Shown here: positions 53,227 through 63,632 of the stretch, one piece after another
Numbering within the stretch: the first letter of the stretch is position 1
Layout of the letters: every line of letters begins with the position of its first letter
Assembly: GCA_017406465.1 (NCBI GenBank)
Contig: JAFQYM010000015.1
Coordinates: 64,622 to 128,621 of the forward strand
Origin: Kiritimatiellia bacterium
GTDB lineage: Bacteria; Verrucomicrobiota; Kiritimatiellia; RFP12; UBA1067
DNA: 64,000 nucleotides
Reading direction: 5' to 3'
Position numbers and translations under genes: made by a program
The notes under the pieces: generated by a model
What the model saw: only the letters and a program-made list of their open reading frames with translations
What the model was told of the DNA's origin: nothing
The model's database searches: none

Positions 53227-55676
53227 GCATGATGTTTACGAAGAACGCGATAGACGCGCTGAACGCCGCGGCGAGCTGCGCGCGCCAGCTCGGACACGAC
53301 CATATCGGCGCGGAGCACATCCTGCTTTCGATTCTCGCCATTCCGAAATGCCAGGCGTGCCTCCGTCTTGAACGGCTCGGGCTTGCACTTTCCGACCTCA
53401 CGGAGTCGATGAGGAACATGATTTCGGGCTCTTCCGAGCCGGTCATGCAGCGCGGACAGCTTCCGATTTCGGCACGGACGAAGAAGGTGCTTGACATCGC
53501 GGGGCTCGAGGCGGGTGGGCCGGGCAAGCCGGTTAGCACCGTTCATCTCGTCACTGCGATGATGCGCGAGGGCGAGAACGCTGCCGCGCAACTTCTCTTC
53601 AACGCGGGAGTCACCGTCGAGAAGTTTCTCGCCGCCGGTACGCAGGGCGGCAATGGAGACGGAAAGAAAGGCGATGCGTCCGGGCAGGGCGACGCCGGCG
53701 AATCGCCTTCGCAGAAGGGCGAGAACGGCAAGCAGCAGAAGACGCCGACAATAAACACTTTCGGGCGCGACCTCACCGACCTTGCGCGGCAGGGGAAGCT
53801 CGATCCCGTGATTGGGCGCGAGAAGGAGCTTAAGCGCATAATCCAGATCCTCTCGCGCAGGACTAAGAACAACGCCGTCCTCATCGGCGAGGCGGGCGTA
53901 GGCAAGACGGCCGTTGTCGAAGGGCTTGCCCAGGCGATCCACCGCGGCGAAGTTCCCGAGAAGATGCAGTCGAAGCGCGTAGTCGCGATAGACATGGCTC
54001 GAATGGTCGCGGGAACGCAGTACCGCGGACAGTTCGAGGAGCGCCTTAAAAAACTTATCGACGAGACTAAGCGCGCAGGAAATGTCGTTCTCTTCCTCGA
54101 CGAGATCCACACGATGGTGGGCGCTGGCGGTGCCGAGGGCGCGATGGATGCGGCGAACATCCTCAAGCCCGCGCTTGCGCGAGGCGAGCTTCAGTGCGTC
54201 GGCGCGACTACGCTCAAGGAATACCACAAGTCCATCGAGAAAGACGCCGCGCTCGAGCGCCGCTTCCAGTCGGTGCAGGTCGACGAGCCGACAGTCGCAG
54301 ACACGGTACAGATTTTGAAGGGCATCGCCCCGAAGTATGAAGAGCACCACTCCGTCAAGTTCGGTGACGCCGCGCTTCGTGCAGCAGTCGAGCTCACGTC
54401 GCGCTATCTCCCCGCGAGGCAGCTTCCAGACAAGGCGATTGACGCTATGGACGAGACGGGCGCGCGTCTCAGGATGGGCGCGTCTGCGAGGCCTAAGTCG
54501 CTCACGTCGCGCCAAGAGGCGATTGACGTTCTTAAGGGCAAAAAGGACGCTGCTGTGAAAGCGGGCGACTTTGATTCGGCGGCGCGATATCGCGAGTCGA
54601 TAAAGCTTGCATCCGCCGAGTTCCAGGAAGCGCTCAAAAAGTGGAAAGAGACTCACGCCGAGGAGGTCATCGAGGCAACGGAAGAGGATGTTGCTGAAAC
54701 CGTCTCGTCGATGAGCGGCGTTCCTGTCGAGAAGATGAACGCTACAACGGCGGAGAAGCTTCTCGGCATGGAGAAGGCGCTTGGCGAAGTCGTTGTCGGC
54801 CAGACTCCAGCGATAAAGGCGATTGCGCGTGCGCTTCGCCGCAGTCGCGCGCTTATGGCCGACCCCAAGCGCCCGATCGGTTCGTTCCTCTTCCTCGGCT
54901 CCACTGGCGTCGGTAAGACGCATCTCGCTAAGATGCTCGCAGAGAAAGTGTACGGCGACGAGAAGGCGCTTATCACGCTCGACATGTCGGAGTTTCAGGA
55001 GAAGTATTCCTCTTCGCGTCTCGTCGGCGCGCCGCCGGGATATGTCGGCTATGACGAGGGTGGACAGCTTACCGAGAAGGTGCGCCGCAGGCCTTACTCC
55101 GTCGTTCTCTTCGACGAATTCGAAAAGGCGAATTCAGACGTGATGAACATGCTACTGCAGATTCTCGACGACGGGCGTCTCACCGACGGCCAGGGTCGCG
55201 TGATCGACTTCCGCAACACGATAATCATCTGCACCGCGAACCTCGGCTTCGACTTTGCTCGCGAGGGCCATACTCTTGGCTTTGCGACCGAGACGGCGGA
55301 GACGAGCTTCGATCTTCTCAAGGAGAAACTTCTCTCCGAGGCGAAGCGCACTTTCCGCCCAGAACTCTTGAACCGCTTTGACGAAACTGTAGTCTTCCGC
55401 AAGCTCGAGAAGGGCGACATGGAGTCGATACTTAAGCTTGAGCTTGCAAAGCTGCAGGCGCGGCTCAAGGATTCGCACATTTCGCTTTCGCTCGACAAGA
55501 AGGCGACGGCGTTTCTCGTCGAGAAGGGTTACGATTCTGCGCTTGGCGCGCGGCCGCTTCGCCGCGTCGTGCAGGACTATGTCGAAGATCCGCTTGCAGA
55601 CCTTGTCCTCGCCGGCAAGTCAAAGCCGCGTATGCGCGGCAAACTCGCCAAGGACGGCAAGTCTATCAAGTTCTGA
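53223..55676 (+). CDS. clpC: ATP-dependent Clp protease ATP-binding subunit ClpC-type (class I AAA+)
   Basis: Clp_N repeats, two Walker A sites (GEAGVGKT, GSTGVGKT), a UVR-like middle domain (GDFDSAARYRE), GARPLRR. Confidence 0.9.
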   Translation: MSMMFTKNAIDALNAAASCARQLGHDHIGAEHILLSILAIPKCQACLRLERLGLALSDLTESMRNMISGSSEPVMQRGQLPISARTKKVLDIAGLEAGGPGKPVSTVHLVTAMMREGENAAAQLLFNAGVTVEKFLAAGTQGGNGDGKKGDASGQGDAGESPSQKGENGKQQKTPTINTFGRDLTDLARQGKLDPVIGREKELKRIIQILSRRTKNNAVLIGEAGVGKTAVVEGLAQAIHRGEVPEKMQSKRVVAIDMARMVAGTQYRGQFEERLKKLIDETKRAGNVVLFLDEIHTMVGAGGAEGAMDAANILKPALARGELQCVGATTLKEYHKSIEKDAALERRFQSVQVDEPTVADTVQILKGIAPKYEEHHSVKFGDAALRAAVELTSRYLPARQLPDKAIDAMDETGARLRMGASARPKSLTSRQEAIDVLKGKKDAAVKAGDFDSAARYRESIKLASAEFQEALKKWKETHAEEVIEATEEDVAETVSSMSGVPVEKMNATTAEKLLGMEKALGEVVVGQTPAIKAIARALRRSRALMADPKRPIGSFLFLGSTGVGKTHLAKMLAEKVYGDEKALITLDMSEFQEKYSSSRLVGAPPGYVGYDEGGQLTEKVRRRPYSVVLFDEFEKANSDVMNMLLQILDDGRLTDGQGRVIDFRNTIIICTANLGFDFAREGHTLGFATETAETSFDLLKEKLLSEAKRTFRPELLNRFDETVVFRKLEKGDMESILKLELAKLQARLKDSHISLSLDKKATAFLVEKGYDSALGARPLRRVVQDYVEDPLADLVLAGKSKPRMRGKLAKDGKSIKF

Positions 55677-55687
55677 TCGCCGACTAT

Positions 55688-57586
55688 TCAGTCTTGCTTG
55701 CCGTTGTAGCGCCGCCTGTACATCTTTGCGGCGACATCTCGCGAGGCCTCTACTAGCTCTGGATACGGCATGTCCGCCACGTTGAGGAACCCGATCTGGT
55801 AGTTTTCGCCGTCTGGACGGCCCGTGAGCGCCTGGTCCTGCCACTGGAACCAGTGCGTTCCGACGAAACGCGGATGGTCGAGACAGGCGTAGACGAAGTT
55901 GCGGTAGCACTGTGCGCGTTCGTTCTGGTCTTGCGTCGCGACGAGCCCGGTGTGGAACATGCCGCGGTCAAGCGCGCCGAAGTGGAACTCGCCGTTGATC
56001 ATCGGCTTGTCCTCCGCGTCTGAAGGAAGGTCCTTGGCGGGCTTGCGGTTGTAGATGTTCACGCTTACGACGTCACAGTGCCTCGCGGCCGCTCGAAAGA
56101 CCGTATCCGAACCCCACGCGATGCGGCAGCCGAGATAGAGGTGATTCGGCAGCTCTTCGCGCAACACGCGTCGGACGGTGCTGAAATATTTCTCCGCCAC
56201 GTCCTTCATCCGCTCTTCGTTGTTCCACGAGAGTTCGTTATCGACGAATACGCCTATGCACCACGGGTCGTCGCGCATCGTCTTTGCGCTGGCCTTGGCG
56301 CGCTCGCGTAGCGTCTTTTCGAACTCCGGATTGAATGGATCGGGAAGGGCGCCCCACCAGCCCTTCGAGTCCTTCAGACGCGGCGTGCCATGCGTGCCGA
56401 GGCAGAGCGTGTAAGGCGTGCGGTCGCGCGAATATATCTCCGACCAGCTCCAGTTCGCGATAGTGTTGAGCCCCCAGGCGCGCAGGCGGCGATGGGCGCG
56501 GTCGATGTATTCGGCTTTCCATCCCTCGCCGTACTTGCGGCGGAGGTTGGCGTTTGCGAAGGTGAACGTGTCATAGGGAAGATGTTCCTTCTCCTTGTAG
56601 AAGCCGTGCGCGGCTGGCCACGAGTTGCGTCCCCAGAAGCATCCGAACACGGGGTCGTCCTTCGCGGGCAGCCAAGAGAAGTAGTTTTCGCGGAAGCCGA
56701 TGCCCGTAGTGCCGTTTCCGATGCCGACGCAGTCGACGCCATGAGAGAAGAAAAGTCGGCCGTTGGGATCGACGAGCCACCATTTGCCGTTCACTTTCTC
56801 CGTCCTGAAAAAGCCAGTCGCCTTGAGCTGCGGACCGCCCGCCCAGCCGCCGAAGCGGTCAGCCTCGGGGATGGGCGTTGCTCCGTTCTTGGCAAGCCAG
56901 GCGTCCTCGTCGGTCTTCGTGCGCGCGAGCTCCACCTCGTCGTGCACCTTTCCCGGCCAGTCGTCGTGTATGAACTGCCCGAAGCGGTCCACGAACGGAA
57001 GAAACGACTTCGCGGGCAGGATCTTCTGGTTCGCCGTGCCGACACCGTCGGCTGTGACGCTGAGCACGCAGAAGCCCCCTGTCGTGCCGTCCTTGCAGAG
57101 AAAGATATGGAACGACGTTGCGTGATGGATATCGAAGCCGCCGCCTGAGCTGCCGTGCGCCGAGGGGCATCCGTTCATGCCAACGAGCTTTAGCGGCGCA
57201 TCGAGAGCCCAAGGCATGACGTGCATGACGGAAATGATAGTGCCGATCGCGTGCGGCTTTAGTTCGACGGACCCGCCAGGCCCCTGTCCCTGTACGTTGC
57301 GCCCCTTTACGCTGAGATGCACGGTGCGCGTCTCGTGCGTCGTATTGCTTACCGTCACGACGAAGCGCCCGAAGCGCGAGAGATCTGCTTCTCCCTTGAC
57401 GAAGTCCATGCGGACGCCAGGCCAGCTTGCCTCGGTTCCGGTCGTTACTGCGACGGAACCGTCTTCGAGCATGACAATCGAAGAGTCGCGCTGTGCGCGC
57501 ATCACGGTATCGGGGCCGGGCCAGAGTGTTTCGGCGGTGGCCGCAGTCACGGCGACCATAAAGATAACAGACATGCAGATTTTCAT
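55688..57586 (-). CDS. secreted glycoside hydrolase, TIM-barrel clan GH-A-like (family unclear)
   Basis: Signal peptide MKICMSVIFMVAVTAATA. GVFVDNELSW (NE acid/base) and INGEFHFGA (candidate nucleophile E). Confidence 0.6.
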   Translation of the reverse strand: MKICMSVIFMVAVTAATAETLWPGPDTVMRAQRDSSIVMLEDGSVAVTTGTEASWPGVRMDFVKGEADLSRFGRFVVTVSNTTHETRTVHLSVKGRNVQGQGPGGSVELKPHAIGTIISVMHVMPWALDAPLKLVGMNGCPSAHGSSGGGFDIHHATSFHIFLCKDGTTGGFCVLSVTADGVGTANQKILPAKSFLPFVDRFGQFIHDDWPGKVHDEVELARTKTDEDAWLAKNGATPIPEADRFGGWAGGPQLKATGFFRTEKVNGKWWLVDPNGRLFFSHGVDCVGIGNGTTGIGFRENYFSWLPAKDDPVFGCFWGRNSWPAAHGFYKEKEHLPYDTFTFANANLRRKYGEGWKAEYIDRAHRRLRAWGLNTIANWSWSEIYSRDRTPYTLCLGTHGTPRLKDSKGWWGALPDPFNPEFEKTLRERAKASAKTMRDDPWCIGVFVDNELSWNNEERMKDVAEKYFSTVRRVLREELPNHLYLGCRIAWGSDTVFRAAARHCDVVSVNIYNRKPAKDLPSDAEDKPMINGEFHFGALDRGMFHTGLVATQDQNERAQCYRNFVYACLDHPRFVGTHWFQWQDQALTGRPDGENYQIGFLNVADMPYPELVEASRDVAAKMYRRRYNGKQD

Positions 57587-57592
57587 GCTGGT

Positions 57593-57621
57593 ATTATGCA
57601 GAATCCTCCTGTATTTGTCAA
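57593..57621 (-). promoter_or_regulatory. sigma70-type promoter of the GH gene
   Basis: On the minus strand: TTGACA, a 17-nt spacer, CATAAT, then 6 nt and the ATG. Confidence 0.65.
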
Positions 57622-57705
57622 TACTGCGGTCAACAAGCCGCCTGCGCGACGGCGGCTAATTTTTCGCCCAAAGCCGAAGCGGATTATGATATACTATACA
57701 TTTCA

Positions 57706-58566
57706 ATGAGCGCAATGGATACAGCAGTGGCGAAAGCGGCGGTTTTGACCGAGGCTTTGCCGTATATTCGTGATTTTCACGGTTCGGTCGTGCTTGTGAA
57801 GCTCGGCGGCTCCGTGATGGAGTCAGAGGCGAATCTCGATTCGCTTATGGACGACATTGCGTTCATGCGCGTCGTGGGCATGAAGGTCGTCATCGTCCAT
57901 GGCGGCGGCAAGGCGATTTCCAAGGCGTTAAAGGAGTCGGGCCACGAGCCGAAGTTCGTAGATGGCCTTAGGGTTACCGACGAAGCGACGATGGAGATTG
58001 TCCGTCGCACCCTCAACAACGTCGTCAACCCCGATCTCGTGCGCCGGCTTCAGACGCGCGGCGCGAATGCACGCCCGATCCACGGGAACTGGGTTTTCGG
58101 CGCGCGCAAGATAGAGACTCCCGACCGCGGCTACGTGGGCGAAGTGGTTTCGGCCGATACGCGCGCCGTCTGCGAGATGCTCGACGCCGGTATCATTCCC
58201 GTGGTGACGCCGCTTGGCACTGGAGTCGAAGACAGCCATCTTTACAACATCAACGCCGATTTTGCCGCCGCCGCGCTTGCGAAGGCGCTCAAGGTCCGCA
58301 AGTTCGCGCTCGTCTCGGATGTCCCCGGCATCCTCAAGGATCCTGCCGACCCGTCGACTCTCTTCTCCACCTTGCATCTCGCGGACCTCGCGACGCTCAG
58401 GGAGGAAGGGGTGATTTCGGGCGGCATGCTCCCGAAGGTCGAGAGCTGCGCGGACGCGATTAAGTCGGGCGTAAAGAAAGTGCACCTCGTCGACGGACGC
58501 ATGGCGCATTCGCTGCTTTTGGAAATATTCACGCGTGAAGGCGTGGGAACGGAGATAACGGAATGA
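57706..58566 (+). CDS. argB: acetylglutamate kinase
   Basis: LPYIRDFHGSVVLVKLGGS ... VVIVHGGG. Confidence 0.9.
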   Translation: MSAMDTAVAKAAVLTEALPYIRDFHGSVVLVKLGGSVMESEANLDSLMDDIAFMRVVGMKVVIVHGGGKAISKALKESGHEPKFVDGLRVTDEATMEIVRRTLNNVVNPDLVRRLQTRGANARPIHGNWVFGARKIETPDRGYVGEVVSADTRAVCEMLDAGIIPVVTPLGTGVEDSHLYNINADFAAAALAKALKVRKFALVSDVPGILKDPADPSTLFSTLHLADLATLREEGVISGGMLPKVESCADAIKSGVKKVHLVDGRMAHSLLLEIFTREGVGTEITE

Positions 58567-59762
58567 GCAACAAGACACAGGAAATCCTCGACATCTACAA
58601 GGCGTCTCTGATGCCGACATACTCGCCTTCGGTCGTCCTCGCGAGCGGCAAGGGCGTTACCGTCAGGGATGTGGACAATCGTCCTTTCTACGACTTCACG
58701 AGCGGTATTGGCGTCCAGTCGGTCGGCTATTCTAACCCCAAGGTCGTTAAGGCGATTCAGGAACAGGCCGCCGTGATGACGCACTGTTCCAACCTCTTCG
58801 CAAACGAGCCCGCTACGCGTCTTGCGGCGAAACTTGTCGAGCTCTCTGGACTCGGCGGCAAGGTGTTCTTCTGCAACTCGGGCGCCGAGGCGAACGAGGC
58901 GGCGATCAAGCTCGCCCGCAAGTGGGGTTCCGCCAACGGCGGCCGCTACGAGGTCGTCACGTTCAGGCAGGGCTTCCACGGCCGTACGCTCGCGACCGTC
59001 GCCGCGACCGCGCAGGCGTGGTGCCAGGAGGGCTTCGACCCGCTGCCAGTCGGCTTCGCGTACGCAGACTACAACGACCTTGAGTCCGTCAAGGCCGCGA
59101 TCAACGACAAGACGGTCGCCGTGATGCTCGAGGCCGTCCAGGGCGAGGGTGGCGTCACTCCCGCGACCGAGGAATTCATCAAGGGAGTCCGCGCTCTCTG
59201 CGACGAGAAGAACCTTGTCATGATCGTCGACGAAGTGCAGGCCGGCATGGGCCGCACGGGGACTTGGTTTGCGTGGCAGGGCTATGATGTCAAGCCCGAT
59301 CTTTTCACTTGCGCCAAGGCGCTTGCCGGCGGCCTTCCGATGGGCGCGCTCGTCTCGAACGCAAAGTTTGCAGATGTCCTCGTTGCGCCGAGCCACGCGT
59401 CCACTTTCGGCGGCAATCCCGTTGCGGCCGCGGCTGCGCTCGCCGTTATCGACGTGATCGAGAGCGAGGGTCTTCTCGCGAAGGCAACCGAAATGGGGAC
59501 GCTTCTCCGCGAGGCGCTGCAGGGCTTCGTGGACAAGTACGACAAGATTCTCGAGGTGCGCGGCAAGGGGCTTATGCTCGGCCTCGTCGTCGACGCCGAC
59601 GCGAAGGAAGTTGTCGAGGCATTGCAGGCGCAGGGCATTCTCGCCCTTACCGCCGGCCCCCACGTCGTCAGGTTCCTCCCGCCGCTCGTCCTCAAGGAGG
59701 CCGATCTCGAAGAGGCGGTGGACATGATTTCCGACGCTCTCGACTGCACGTTCGGCGAGTAA
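58563..59762 (+). CDS. argD: acetylornithine aminotransferase
   Basis: Class III aminotransferase: FFCNSGAEANEAAIKLAR, DEVQAGMGRTG, and TCAKALAGG (PLP Lys). Confidence 0.9.
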   Translation: MSNKTQEILDIYKASLMPTYSPSVVLASGKGVTVRDVDNRPFYDFTSGIGVQSVGYSNPKVVKAIQEQAAVMTHCSNLFANEPATRLAAKLVELSGLGGKVFFCNSGAEANEAAIKLARKWGSANGGRYEVVTFRQGFHGRTLATVAATAQAWCQEGFDPLPVGFAYADYNDLESVKAAINDKTVAVMLEAVQGEGGVTPATEEFIKGVRALCDEKNLVMIVDEVQAGMGRTGTWFAWQGYDVKPDLFTCAKALAGGLPMGALVSNAKFADVLVAPSHASTFGGNPVAAAAALAVIDVIESEGLLAKATEMGTLLREALQGFVDKYDKILEVRGKGLMLGLVVDADAKEVVEALQAQGILALTAGPHVVRFLPPLVLKEADLEEAVDMISDALDCTFGE

Positions 59763-59765
59763 TTA

Positions 59766-59800
59766 GGGGTCAGGAGTCAGGGGTCAGTACAGAGGGGTCA
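59766..59800 (+). repeat. G-rich tandem GGGGTCAG-type repeats
   Basis: ggggtcag gagtcag gggtcag tacaga ggggtca in the argD-lysS spacer. Confidence 0.7.
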
Positions 59801-59823
59801 ATAAGAGGAGTTGGCGGGAAAGT

Positions 59824-61272
59824 ATGGAGACTAACGAGTATCGCGAGCAGCGCCTCGCCTCGATGCAGGCGCTGAAGGAAATGGGCTACGAGCCCTACGG
59901 CTGCAAGTACGACCACATCGACCTCAAGGTCGCGCGCGAAACTTTCGAGGAGGGGAAGCCGGTCCGCGTCGCTGGCCGTCTTCTCATGATCCGCCGCATG
60001 GGCAAGATGAACTTCTGCACCATGAACGACGGCACCGACCGCTTCCAGCTCATCTTCAAGCGCGACGAGCTTTCCGAGACGGCGTTCTCCGCTTTCAAGC
60101 AGCTCAACCTCGGCGACATAATCGGCGCTGAAGGCGTCTTCTTCACGACGCAGAAGGGCGAGAAGTCCGTCGTCGTCAAGGAGTGGACGATGCTCGCAAA
60201 GGCGCTCGAGCAGCCGCCGGAGAAGTTCCACGGTCTTGCCGACCAGGAGGAATGCTATCGTCGCCGCTATGTCGATCTCATGACGAACGACGAGTCGCGC
60301 CAGCGCTTCTTCACGCGTTCCAAGCTCATCATGGAGATTAGGAAGTACCTCTGGGACAAGGGCTTCGTCGAGGTCGAGACTCCGATTCTCCAGGATCAGG
60401 CGGGCGGCGCTGCGGCAAAGCCGTTCTTTTCCCACTTCAACGCGCTCGACAAGGACTGCGTGATGCGCATCGCGCCCGAGCTCTACCTCAAGCGGCTCCT
60501 CGTCGGCGGCATGAACAAGGTGTTCGAGCTCGGCAAGGACTTCCGCAACGAAGGCATCGACCGCACGCACAACCCCGAGTTCACCGTCTGCGAGATATAC
60601 GAGGCGTATGGCGACCGCACATCGATGGAGGCGATAATGGAAGGGCTCCTTCCGCACCTCTGCGACACCGTGATCGGAAAGCGCGAGATCGAGTACGGCG
60701 AGTCGAAGACGGTCATCGACTTCAATCCGCCTTACCGCCGCGTGGCTTACAGGGATCTCGTGAAAGAGCTCATGGGCGCGGACTGGTTCGACCTCAACTT
60801 CGCGACGCAGCTGGAGAAGGCCAAGGCGAAGGGCCGCGAGACTGACACCAATCTCGAGCTCGACGGCGTCACGACCGAGCTGATGCTCACGCACGAGGTC
60901 TACGACAAGCTCATCGAGCGCAACCTCATGCAGCCGACTTTCGTTACCCGCATCCCCCACGAGTTTGTTCCGCTCGCCAAGGCGTGCAAGGACGATCCGT
61001 CGCTCGTGGATGTCTTCGAGTTCGTCGTCGCCGGTCGCGAGCTCTGCCCGGGATACACCGAGCAGAACGACCCTCTGGAGCAGCGCAAGGCGCTCGAGAA
61101 CCAGGCGGGCGAGGACACGGAGAAGATCGACGAGGACTTTATCTCGGCCCTGGAGTGTGGCATGCCCCCGACTGGCGGACTCGGCTTCGGCGTCGACCGT
61201 CTCGTAATGTTCCTCACGGGAACAGACTCGATCCGCGACGTCGTTCTCTTCCCCCAGATGAAGAAGGCGTAA
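59824..61272 (+). CDS. lysS: lysyl-tRNA synthetase, class II
   Basis: OB-fold N-terminus. Motif 2 FRNEGID.THNPEFT and motif 3 [12 protein letters not shown]. Confidence 0.95.
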   Translation: METNEYREQRLASMQALKEMGYEPYGCKYDHIDLKVARETFEEGKPVRVAGRLLMIRRMGKMNFCTMNDGTDRFQLIFKRDELSETAFSAFKQLNLGDIIGAEGVFFTTQKGEKSVVVKEWTMLAKALEQPPEKFHGLADQEECYRRRYVDLMTNDESRQRFFTRSKLIMEIRKYLWDKGFVEVETPILQDQAGGAAAKPFFSHFNALDKDCVMRIAPELYLKRLLVGGMNKVFELGKDFRNEGIDRTHNPEFTVCEIYEAYGDRTSMEAIMEGLLPHLCDTVIGKREIEYGESKTVIDFNPPYRRVAYRDLVKELMGADWFDLNFATQLEKAKAKGRETDTNLELDGVTTELMLTHEVYDKLIERNLMQPTFVTRIPHEFVPLAKACKDDPSLVDVFEFVVAGRELCPGYTEQNDPLEQRKALENQAGEDTEKIDEDFISALECGMPPTGGLGFGVDRLVMFLTGTDSIRDVVLFPQMKKA

Positions 61273-61340
61273 CCCCCCCCCCTGATTTTGCTTTCGTGCT
61301 TCTATTGCCGCGCCGTTGGAATTTTGATATAATTTACGGC

Positions 61341-62069
61341 GTGAAGAAATCTTCTTGCAAAGTCAAGTATCGCCGGATTCTCCTGAAGCTGTCTGGCGAG
61401 GTGCTCGGCAACAAGTCTACGGGCGAGTGCATCGACCCGAAGAATCTTGCCTTTATGGCCGAACGCATCAAGAAAATCCACGCTATGGGTGTCGAAGTCG
61501 GCATTGTCCTCGGCGGCGGCAACATCTTCCGTGGGCTTACTGGCGCGGGGAAGGGCGTGAACCGCGTTACGGGCGACTCGATGGGCATGCTCGCGACGAT
61601 CATCAACGCACTCGCGATGATGAACGCGCTCGAGTCGATTGGCGTGCCGACGCGTGTGATGACTGCAATCGAAATGCCGAAGCTCGCCGAGCCGTTTATC
61701 CAGCGCCGTGCGCTCAGGCACTTCGAGAAGGGGCGTGTCGTCATTTTCGGCGGTGGCACTGGCAATCCGTATTTCTCGACCGACTCCGCAGCAGCGCTCA
61801 AGGCGAGCGAGATTGGCGCCGACGCGCTTCTCAAGGCGACGAAGGTCGACGGCATCTACACCGCAGACCCGAAGAAGGACCCGACCGCCAAGAAGTACGG
61901 CACGCTCAAGTACGAGACGGCGCTTGAGAAGCGCCTCAAGGTGATGGATTCGGCCGCATTCGCGCTTTGCATGGACAACAACATCCCGATTGTCGTGTTC
62001 GACTTCTTCGACCCCAAGGCGCTCGAGGGCGTCGTACGCGGGAAGACGATAGGCACGGTGGTGAATTAA
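61341..62069 (+). CDS. pyrH: UMP kinase
   Basis: [14 protein letters not shown] ... [12 protein letters not shown]. The only in-frame start near the family N-terminus is GTG 61341, 7 nt after TATAAT (61328-61333). Confidence 0.85.
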   Translation: MKKSSCKVKYRRILLKLSGEVLGNKSTGECIDPKNLAFMAERIKKIHAMGVEVGIVLGGGNIFRGLTGAGKGVNRVTGDSMGMLATIINALAMMNALESIGVPTRVMTAIEMPKLAEPFIQRRALRHFEKGRVVIFGGGTGNPYFSTDSAAALKASEIGADALLKATKVDGIYTADPKKDPTAKKYGTLKYETALEKRLKVMDSAAFALCMDNNIPIVVFDFFDPKALEGVVRGKTIGTVVN

Positions 62070-62115
62070 AAGTGTAAAGTTGAAAGTGCAAAGTTGAAAG
62101 TTTAAAGTAGAAAAA
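62067..62115 (+). repeat. C-depleted GTTGAAAG-type array
   Basis: taaaagtgtaaagttgaaagtgcaaagttgaaagtttaaagtagaaaaa in the pyrH-frr spacer. Confidence 0.75.
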
Positions 62116-62131
62116 GACTGGAGTAAAAAAG

Positions 62132-62695
62132 ATGGAAACGGTACAGGAAGTTTTGAATGACGCGACGACGAAGATCGGCAAGAGCTTCGATACTCTTAAG
62201 TCGCAGTTCGCCGGGCTCAGGACTGGCAAGGCCAGCCCCGCGATGGTCGACCAGATCAAGGTCGACTACTACGGCTGCCCGACGCCGATCAAGAACCTCG
62301 GCACTATCTCTACGCCCGAGCCGCGCCAGATCAAGATCGCCCCGTTCGACCCGACGGTGCTCGATGCGATGAACAAGGCGATTCTCGCCGCCAACATCGG
62401 CGTCACGCCGCAGACCGACGGCAAGGTCCTCAGAATTACCGTTCCCGAGCTCAATGAAGAGCGCCGCAAGGAAATCGTCAAGGTCGCGAAGACCCAGGCC
62501 GAGGCCCAGAAGGTCGCGATGCGCAACGTCCGCCGCGATGCGAACGACGCCGTCAAGAAGCTTGAGAAGGACAAGAAGATTTCCGAAGACGACATGAAGC
62601 AGGGGCTCGACAAGATCCAGAAGGCGACCGACGACGGCATCGCCAAGATCGACGCCGAGCTCAAGGCCAAAGAAGCCGAAGTGATGGCAGTTTGA
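62132..62695 (+). CDS. frr: ribosome recycling factor
   Basis: FAGLRTGKASPAMVDQIKVDYYG ... ITVPELNEERRKE. Confidence 0.95.
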   Translation: METVQEVLNDATTKIGKSFDTLKSQFAGLRTGKASPAMVDQIKVDYYGCPTPIKNLGTISTPEPRQIKIAPFDPTVLDAMNKAILAANIGVTPQTDGKVLRITVPELNEERRKEIVKVAKTQAEAQKVAMRNVRRDANDAVKKLEKDKKISEDDMKQGLDKIQKATDDGIAKIDAELKAKEAEVMAV

Positions 62696-62711
62696 CATTT
62701 AGGAGGTTAAA

Positions 62712-63632
62712 ATGGCAGACGACAACATGAAGCCAGTAGCAGGTTCGGTGCCGCCGCCCGCGAATCCAATCGCGAAGCCGCGCGCGTCCACGCTCAAGCT
62801 CAAGCCGGTCATAAGGAAGCCCACCATTGGCGGCGCTACGGGACTCCCCAAGCCCGCCATTCGTCCTGGCATGAAGCTCCCGACGCAGCCGCCTCCTGCA
62901 GCGCCGAGCGCGCCTGCGGCCGCGCCGAGCGCCGCTGAGCAACCAGGTGCGCTGGAGCAGCTCAAGACTGTTACCCAGAAGCTCAAGGGCGTCACGCAGG
63001 AGATTCCCCAACAGGCGATTCTCCACAAGACCGGCATCATCGCCGACCAGGATCTAACCGAGGCCCAGAAGCAGGCGTCCAAGTCGAGGACTGCCCGCAT
63101 TTCGCTCTCCGACGCGCTTGGTGTAGCGCCGGTGCAGAACGAGGCCGCTCCGATCAAGACGATCCGCATCAAGCGCCCTGACGCTATTGCGAAGCCGTCG
63201 GCGGCCGCTCCCGCGGCGCCTGCTCCTGCGGACGAGAATCCTGCAGAGCCAGCTTCCGCTTCTGCTCCTACGATTACACAGCGCAAGACGCTCAAGATCG
63301 CCCGCCCTGGCGCCGTGCGTCCTTCTGGCAAGTTTGGAATCAAGAAGCCCGGCGCTGCGGCTCCCGCCGCTCCTGCCGCTTATGCTGCGTCCGCAGAAGG
63401 CGGAGATGTGGCAGATATTCCAGACATTCCGGAAATGCCAGCGGCCGCCACCATCGCCCCTGCTGCGGCGCCAATGCCGGCGAACGCCGTTCCCTCGCTT
63501 TCCAAGGGCGCGACGATTACGGGAATAATCTTCCAGATCGCCGCATGCGTCGTCGTAGGCGCACTTGCGTATTTCCTCTACCTTGACGCGCAGCTGCCTC
63601 TCTTCTGCGGCGGTTGCGGCTGGGGTCAGTGA
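62712..63632 (+). CDS. Pro/Ala-rich low-complexity protein with C-terminal TM anchor
   Basis: Four basic motifs (TLKLKPVIRKP, KTIRIKRPDA, KTLKIARPGAVRP, KFGIKKPGA), a C-terminal TM IIFQIAACVVVGALAYFLYL and a CGGCGWGQ tail. Confidence 0.5.
   Translation: MADDNMKPVAGSVPPPANPIAKPRASTLKLKPVIRKPTIGGATGLPKPAIRPGMKLPTQPPPAAPSAPAAAPSAAEQPGALEQLKTVTQKLKGVTQEIPQQAILHKTGIIADQDLTEAQKQASKSRTARISLSDALGVAPVQNEAAPIKTIRIKRPDAIAKPSAAAPAAPAPADENPAEPASASAPTITQRKTLKIARPGAVRPSGKFGIKKPGAAAPAAPAAYAASAEGGDVADIPDIPEMPAAATIAPAAAPMPANAVPSLSKGATITGIIFQIAACVVVGALAYFLYLDAQLPLFCGGCGWGQ

Noticed and set aside
60984-61340. N-terminal extensions offered by the ORF track: pyrH from 60984, GH36-like from 1702, GH2 from 21879, the histidine kinase up to 27395, the regulator from 708, the esterase from 27196, and the CBS protein from 47659.
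   Set aside because: The extensions overlap the preceding genes or promoters and are Arg-rich nonsense. Family-typical N-termini or signal peptides begin at the internal starts used here, which are preceded by -10 boxes or SD sequences.
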